This document shows, in pieces, positions 59,248-64,000 of a DNA stretch of 64,000 bases. Every line of letters begins with the position of its first letter. Positions within the stretch are counted from its first letter, which is position 1. The stretch covers positions 1,728,001 to 1,792,000 of the forward strand of contig CBDAOI010000004.1 of the NCBI GenBank assembly GCA_965198005.1. Reading direction: 5' to 3'. A model generated the notes under the pieces. It was not told the origin of the DNA and did no database searches. It was given only the letters and a program-made list of their open reading frames with translations. The DNA is from Spirochaetia bacterium. Lineage in GTDB: Bacteria; Spirochaetota; Spirochaetia; SZUA-6; Bin103. The position numbers and the translations under genes are program-made.

Positions 59248-60915
59248 ATGAGGGGAACTGCTCGGCACACTGACGAGGAACGGCGCGGGGAGCGCTGCGC
59301 GGGGGGATGTGTCCACGTGGTAGCGAAACTGCGGCGGGAGAACCTGGAGCTCAAGCAGCAGGCGGGGTACTACCGGGCGCTGCACCGCAAAGCGGTGGCG
59401 CGCGAGCGGCGACTGAAAGAGCAGCTGAGCGGGGTGCGGACGAAGGCCCGGGAGTTGCGGCAGCAGCTGCGGGAACGGCGGGCGCGGCGCAACAACAAGA
59501 GCGAGAAGCGCGCCAAGAGCGGCAGCGGCAGCAGCGGCAGCGGCAGCAGCGGCAGCGAGGCGGCGGCAGCGCCGCGCCCGCGGGGCCAGCAACCCGGGTC
59601 GAGTGGGCATGGCCGGCGCGACCACTCAGCGCTGCCGGCGCAGGAGGAACACCACAAGCTGGAGCCGAACGCGCGCTGCTGTCCCCAGTGTGGCGGGGAG
59701 TACGGCGCGGCCGGCAGCGAGGACTCCGAGGTGCTGGAGATTGAAGTGCGCGCCCACCGGCGGGTGATCAAGCGCCAGCGGTACCACTGCAGTTGCGAGT
59801 GCGCCGGGGTGCCGCGGGTGCTCACCGCGCCGGCGCCGCCACGGCTGATTCCGAAGGGGATTCTGGGGGTCTCGATCTGGGTGCAGGTGCTGCTCGACAA
59901 GTACCGCTTTCACCGACCGACCTATCGGCTGCTGGAAGACCTGAGCACGCATGGCCTGGAGCTTGCGCAAGGCACCGTCACCGACGGCCTGAAACGGCTG
60001 GCGCCGCTGTTTGCGCCGCTGCTGGAGGCGCTGCGCGCGCGCAACCTCCAGGGTGACCACTGGCATGCCGACGAGACCGGCTGGTACGTGTTTGAAGCGA
60101 CTGACGAGCAGGCTGGCCAGCGCTGGTGTCTGTGGGTGTTCTGGGGTCGTGAGGCGGTGGTGTTCACCCTTGATCGGACGCGCTCGGCGCGGGTGCCGAA
60201 GGAGCATTTTGCGGGGGTGGCGGGAGGCATCGTGAGTGTCGACCGGTATTCCTCCTACAAACGGTTGGCCAAGGACACCCCGCTGGAATTGCAGTACTGC
60301 TGGGCGCATGTTCGACGCGATTTTATCCGCGTGGCCGAGAAATGGGACGAGCACCGGGAATGGGGCGAGCAGTGGCTGGAGCTGATCGGCGAGCTGTATC
60401 ACTTGAATGCTGTACGCCTGCCGGTGTGCAACGACCCCGTACAGTGGGCTGCGGCCGACGCGGCGCTGCGCGCGGCGGTGACAGCGATGGCGCAGCGGTT
60501 GGAGCGCGAACTGGCACAGCCGAAGCTGCATCAGGTGCGCAAGAAAGTGCTTACCAGTCTGCGCAACCACTGGTCAGGGCTGATCCGGTTCGTCGACCAG
60601 CCCGCTATCCCGATGGACAACAATCAGGCCGAACGCGCGTTGCGTGGGCCGGTGGTGGGGCGCAAGAACTACTACGGCTCGGGGGCGACCTGGAGCGGTG
60701 AGTTGACCGCCACGCTGTTCAGCCTGTTCCACACGCTCGAGTTGTGGCAGATCAACCCGCGCATTTGGCTGACCGAGTACCTGAATGCATGCGCCGCCGC
60801 CGGCAGTCGGGTGCCGGAGGACTTTGAGCGCTTCCTGCCCTGGAACCGCCGCGACCGGCAAGCACCGCGCGCCTCGCCAGCCCCGCCAGGGGCTGCCCCG
60901 CAGCGCGCCGCCTGA
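59248..60915 (+). CDS. IS66-family transposase (TnpC-like); start uncertain
   Basis: Coiled coil, CPQCG Zn finger, HADETGW, VDRYSSY, CWAHVRR and DNNQAERALR. Confidence 0.93.
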   Translation: MRGTARHTDEERRGERCAGGCVHVVAKLRRENLELKQQAGYYRALHRKAVARERRLKEQLSGVRTKARELRQQLRERRARRNNKSEKRAKSGSGSSGSGSSGSEAAAAPRPRGQQPGSSGHGRRDHSALPAQEEHHKLEPNARCCPQCGGEYGAAGSEDSEVLEIEVRAHRRVIKRQRYHCSCECAGVPRVLTAPAPPRLIPKGILGVSIWVQVLLDKYRFHRPTYRLLEDLSTHGLELAQGTVTDGLKRLAPLFAPLLEALRARNLQGDHWHADETGWYVFEATDEQAGQRWCLWVFWGREAVVFTLDRTRSARVPKEHFAGVAGGIVSVDRYSSYKRLAKDTPLELQYCWAHVRRDFIRVAEKWDEHREWGEQWLELIGELYHLNAVRLPVCNDPVQWAAADAALRAAVTAMAQRLERELAQPKLHQVRKKVLTSLRNHWSGLIRFVDQPAIPMDNNQAERALRGPVVGRKNYYGSGATWSGELTATLFSLFHTLELWQINPRIWLTEYLNACAAAGSRVPEDFERFLPWNRRDRQAPRASPAPPGAAPQRAA

Positions 60916-60920
60916 CGCTG

Positions 60921-61802
60921 GTGCGCTACTGCGGGCGCACCTTCAGCGCGCAGGAGCTGGAGTTGATCCGCAGCCTCATGGCCGAGCATCCGGGCCACCA
61001 TCGGCTGGCCCTGTCGCGGCTGGTCTGCGAACGGCTCGACTGGCGGCGCCCCAACGGGGGACTGAAGGATATGAGTTGTCGGGTCGCCCTGCTGCGCATG
61101 CACCGTGCCGGCCTGATCCAACTACCCCCACCACGGCAGGCCTGCTACAACGGCCGCCTGCGGCGTCGCCGCACGCCGCAGGCAGAGCCCCAATCACCGA
61201 TCACCGGCAGCCTCCAGGGGCTGTCCGAACTGCACCTGCGCCCGCTCGCCACGGGCGCCGAAGCGGCGCTCTGGCGCGAGTACGTGGACCGCTACCATTA
61301 CCTCGGCTACACCCCGCTGGCGGGAGCACAACTGCGCTATCTGGTGCTCAGCGGGCCGCAGGTGCTCGCCGTGCTGGGGTTTGCCGCCTGCGCCTGGAAG
61401 GTGGCGCCGCGCGACCGGTTCATCGGCTGGAGTGCGGCCCAACGCGAGGCCCGCTTGCCGCTCGTGGTCAACAACGCCCGCTTCCTGATCCTGCCGTGGG
61501 TGCAGGTCAAGAACCTCGCCTCCTGGGTGCTCGCGCGCAGCTGCCGCCGGTTGCCGGAGGACTGGCACAGCCGCTACGGCTACCGCCCCCTGCTGCTGGA
61601 GACCTTCGTCCAGTCCGATCGGTTCGTCGGCACCAGCTACCGTGCCGCCAATTGGATCCACGTCGGGCAAACCCAAGGCCGCGGCAAACTCGATGTCCAC
61701 AACCAACACGCTCTGCCCAAGAAGGACATCTGGCTCTATCCGCTCCGCCGGGATTTCCGCCGCCGCCTCTGCGCCCCGCTCGATCCTCACCCCAACCAGT
61801 AG
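60921..61802 (+). CDS. DUF4338 (DruA-like) domain protein
   Basis: YHYLGY, LRYL, RDRFIGW, NNARFLILPWV.VKNLAS, LLETFV, GTSYRAANW..VG.T.GRG. Confidence 0.88.
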   Translation: MRYCGRTFSAQELELIRSLMAEHPGHHRLALSRLVCERLDWRRPNGGLKDMSCRVALLRMHRAGLIQLPPPRQACYNGRLRRRRTPQAEPQSPITGSLQGLSELHLRPLATGAEAALWREYVDRYHYLGYTPLAGAQLRYLVLSGPQVLAVLGFAACAWKVAPRDRFIGWSAAQREARLPLVVNNARFLILPWVQVKNLASWVLARSCRRLPEDWHSRYGYRPLLLETFVQSDRFVGTSYRAANWIHVGQTQGRGKLDVHNQHALPKKDIWLYPLRRDFRRRLCAPLDPHPNQ

Positions 61803-61843
61803 ACCGAATATTTACTCAACTCCACATTAATAGGTGCTCAACA

Positions 61844-62350
61844 TTAATCGAGCACCAACAGAGCTACGGCCCCGACTTGGCGCAGCCGGCGCTGGTGGGT
61901 ACCGTCGCCGCGGCCGGCGCGGATCCAGTCGAGCAACACGCTGGTGCGTTCGTAGGTGACTTCGTATCCCTTGCGACAGGCGATGTGTCCAAGCGCCTGA
62001 GCTGCGTGACTTTTCCCGACCCCGCTTGGACCTACGAAAAACACATTTTCGGCCCGCTCCACGAAGCGGCAGGTGGCCAGTTCCCGCAGCGTCGGCGCGT
62101 GGATGCGTGGATTGAAGGAGAAATCGAAGGTCTCCAGGGTCTTGTCCGGAGCCAGGCCGCTCTTGGTGAGCCGGCGCCCGAGCTGCTTGAAATCCCGCCG
62201 CTCCGCCTCGTCGCTGAGCAGCATGTCGAGAAACTGGGTGTAGCTCCACTGCTCCGCAAGCGCCTGGTGCAGGCGCTCGGTGAGGGTGTCGAGCATGCCG
62301 GAGAGCTTCAAACGCGCCAGCTTCGGCTTCAGGAGTGCTAATTCGTCCAT
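61844..62350 (-). pseudogene. istB: IS21 helper ATPase IstB, truncated at Walker B by the RIT end
   Basis: LKLSGM, KTLETFDFSFNP, GPSGVGKSH and LLVLD*; the stop codon comes from the RIT IR. Confidence 0.9.
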
Positions 62351-63940
62351 GCGGGTGTCCTTGACTCCTGAGCAGTCGCCGTGGCCGGGTCGGTGTCGAA
62401 GTAGCCAAACTCGCGCGCGAACCGGAACTGGAGTTGGCCGTTGTCCGGCTCGGCGGGCTGCTGCTGTGGCAAGCGGTCCAGCTCGTGGATGAGGATGTTC
62501 TTGACGCTGCGGTAGCTGGGGGTGGCGAACTGCACCGCGCGCCGACAGGCCGCCTCCAGACGCTGCACCGTGTACTTGTCGGCCAGTCTGATGAGCGCGC
62601 GCACCGGGCGCATGCCGTCGACCGCCTGGTCAGCGAACACCTCCTGGGCCACCAGTGCGACCGACGGCCCCAGGCGCTTGGCCCACTGCACCAAGCCGGC
62701 GCGGCTCAGGCTCAGGTACTGTTCCAACTCGGGCGGAGCGTGCCGGCCGCCGCTTGACCTGCCACAGCTGCGTAGCGCGCGGATGGACAGTGACCTCCTC
62801 GAAATCAAGGAAGATCCGCACCATCTGCGAGTTGCCCAGCACCAGCACCCGCTCGCCAATCAGGCGGTAGGGGACCGTGTAGAACGCTTTCTCGAACTGC
62901 ACCCGCCAGTCGGGACCGACGCTCGCCTCCTTGCACACCACTTGGTCCCACCGCTCGACCGGCAGTGGCTTCAAGGCACCCGCTTCCTCGGTCTCGAACA
63001 GCTCCAGCGGGGTGCGCCCGACCTTCTGGACGATATGCAGGTCATAGCTCTCACGGTTCCACCGCTCCAGCTCGTCGACGAGTTCGTCGCTATAGGGGGT
63101 CTCATGGCCACGCTCCTTCTGGGCCTCGCGGAACAGCGGCAGGAAGTTGCGCTTGACGTATTTTATGTCTCCTTCGACGCCTCCTTTGTGTTCCGGATGG
63201 TAAGGCAGACAGGGCGAAATCAGGAACCCGTAGTGCAGCGCCAACTCGCGATAGGCGCGGTTCACCACCGGGTCCTCGAAGGAAGCGACGATGATGGCCG
63301 CCTTCAGATTGTCCGGGGTCGCCTTCTCGGACACGCCGCCGAACCACTCGAAGGCGTGGATGTGGCAAGCGAAGAAGGTCTGCTGCTTCTGATCGAAGAC
63401 CACTTCACGGTAAGCGCGGCGGGAGTGCCGTAGCCGGCCCGAGAACACCCAGGTGCGCCGCCGCGAGCGCGTGGTCGTGTGCCAGGTGAGCCCCAGGTAT
63501 CCGAAGTCCACCTCCATCACCTCGCCAGCGGTCGTTTCGCGCCGCATCACCGGTCGCACCGCCTTCGGAAAGTGGCGATGGATGTAGCGGCGCACCGTGG
63601 TCTCCGAGTATTCCACCCCCCGCTTTTCGAGCAACTTGTGGATCACCAGGAAGCTGTAGCCTTCCTCGCGCCACCCCTCGATCTGCTCACGGTGCGAGTC
63701 GAGCGGATGCCGGCGGCCTTCCTCGCCGCTCCGCTGTTCGTGGTACACCTCCTGCAGTTGCTGCTCGGACGGCACCTCATGCTGCTCATCCAGCCACCCC
63801 TCCTGCTCGGCGAGCAGCAGCAGCCTGCGGATCACGCGCCGGTGCTTGCCGGTCTCACGCTTGATCGCCTTGATCGACTGCCCCATTCGCAGTCGTCGGA
63901 CGATATCCTGTAGTTCCATCGTCGATGTCCTCCTGGCCAT
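62338..63940 (-). mobile_element. istA: IS21 transposase IstA, frameshifted at about 62745
   Basis: GEVMEVDFG, FEWFGGV, DNLKA, HKGGVE and YTVPY; the C-terminus continues in ORF 62338..62859. Confidence 0.9.
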
Positions 63941-64000
63941 TCTGACCCTCCTCACGTAGTTCGTTGTGTGCACGCACCAACCGTGCATCATGAGGGGGGT

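Larger units (their letters stand above)
59104..61815 (+). mobile_element. IS66-family element carrying a DUF4338-like passenger gene
   Basis: Termini GTAAACATTCGGT and ACCGAATATTTAC; 8-bp TSD TCAACTCC at 59096-59103 and 61816-61823. Confidence 0.92.
55654..61846 (-). mobile_element. RIT (recombinase-in-trio) element; right inverted repeat interrupted by an IS66-like element
   Basis: Three tandem tyrosine recombinases; perfect 46-bp IR, 55654-55699 versus 59081-59103 plus 61824-61846. Confidence 0.9.

Noticed and set aside
60921-61802. Druantia defence system
   Set aside because: Only a DUF4338 gene inside an IS; there is no DruE helicase or other Dru gene.

Overview
A GC-rich bacterial accessory region, heavily fragmented and rich in mobile elements. 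The 'LWAAGAEE'-type N-termini of its solute-binding proteins suggest a Spirochaetaceae-like host (inference only). Layout: 1-18.3 kb holds an MFS transporter, a peptidase T-like gene and four paralogous Dpp/Opp ABC cassettes in different states of decay, interleaved with a frameshifted archaeal-type ArgRS and fragments of TA, defence and IS genes. 18.3-28.6 kb is a defence-island-like stretch with RloA plus a RloB stub and an intact, tightly coupled HEPN / KGGVGR-variant ParA-like ATPase / P-loop NTPase operon, the best candidate for an uncharacterised system. 28.6-38.4 kb holds a duplicated methyltransferase / His-rich membrane protein unit, an Rpn nuclease, HicAB and MazEF-type TA pairs, Wzz and PhyH. 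38.4-54.8 kb is a lower-GC Wzx/Wzy surface polysaccharide locus with unusual tailoring genes. 55.4-64 kb is a nested mobile element: a three-recombinase RIT element truncates IS21 istB, and its right inverted repeat is split by an IS66-like element (8-bp TSD) carrying a DUF4338/DruA-like passenger gene. No rRNA, tRNA or CRISPR array was seen. All family calls come from motif recognition, not from database searches.
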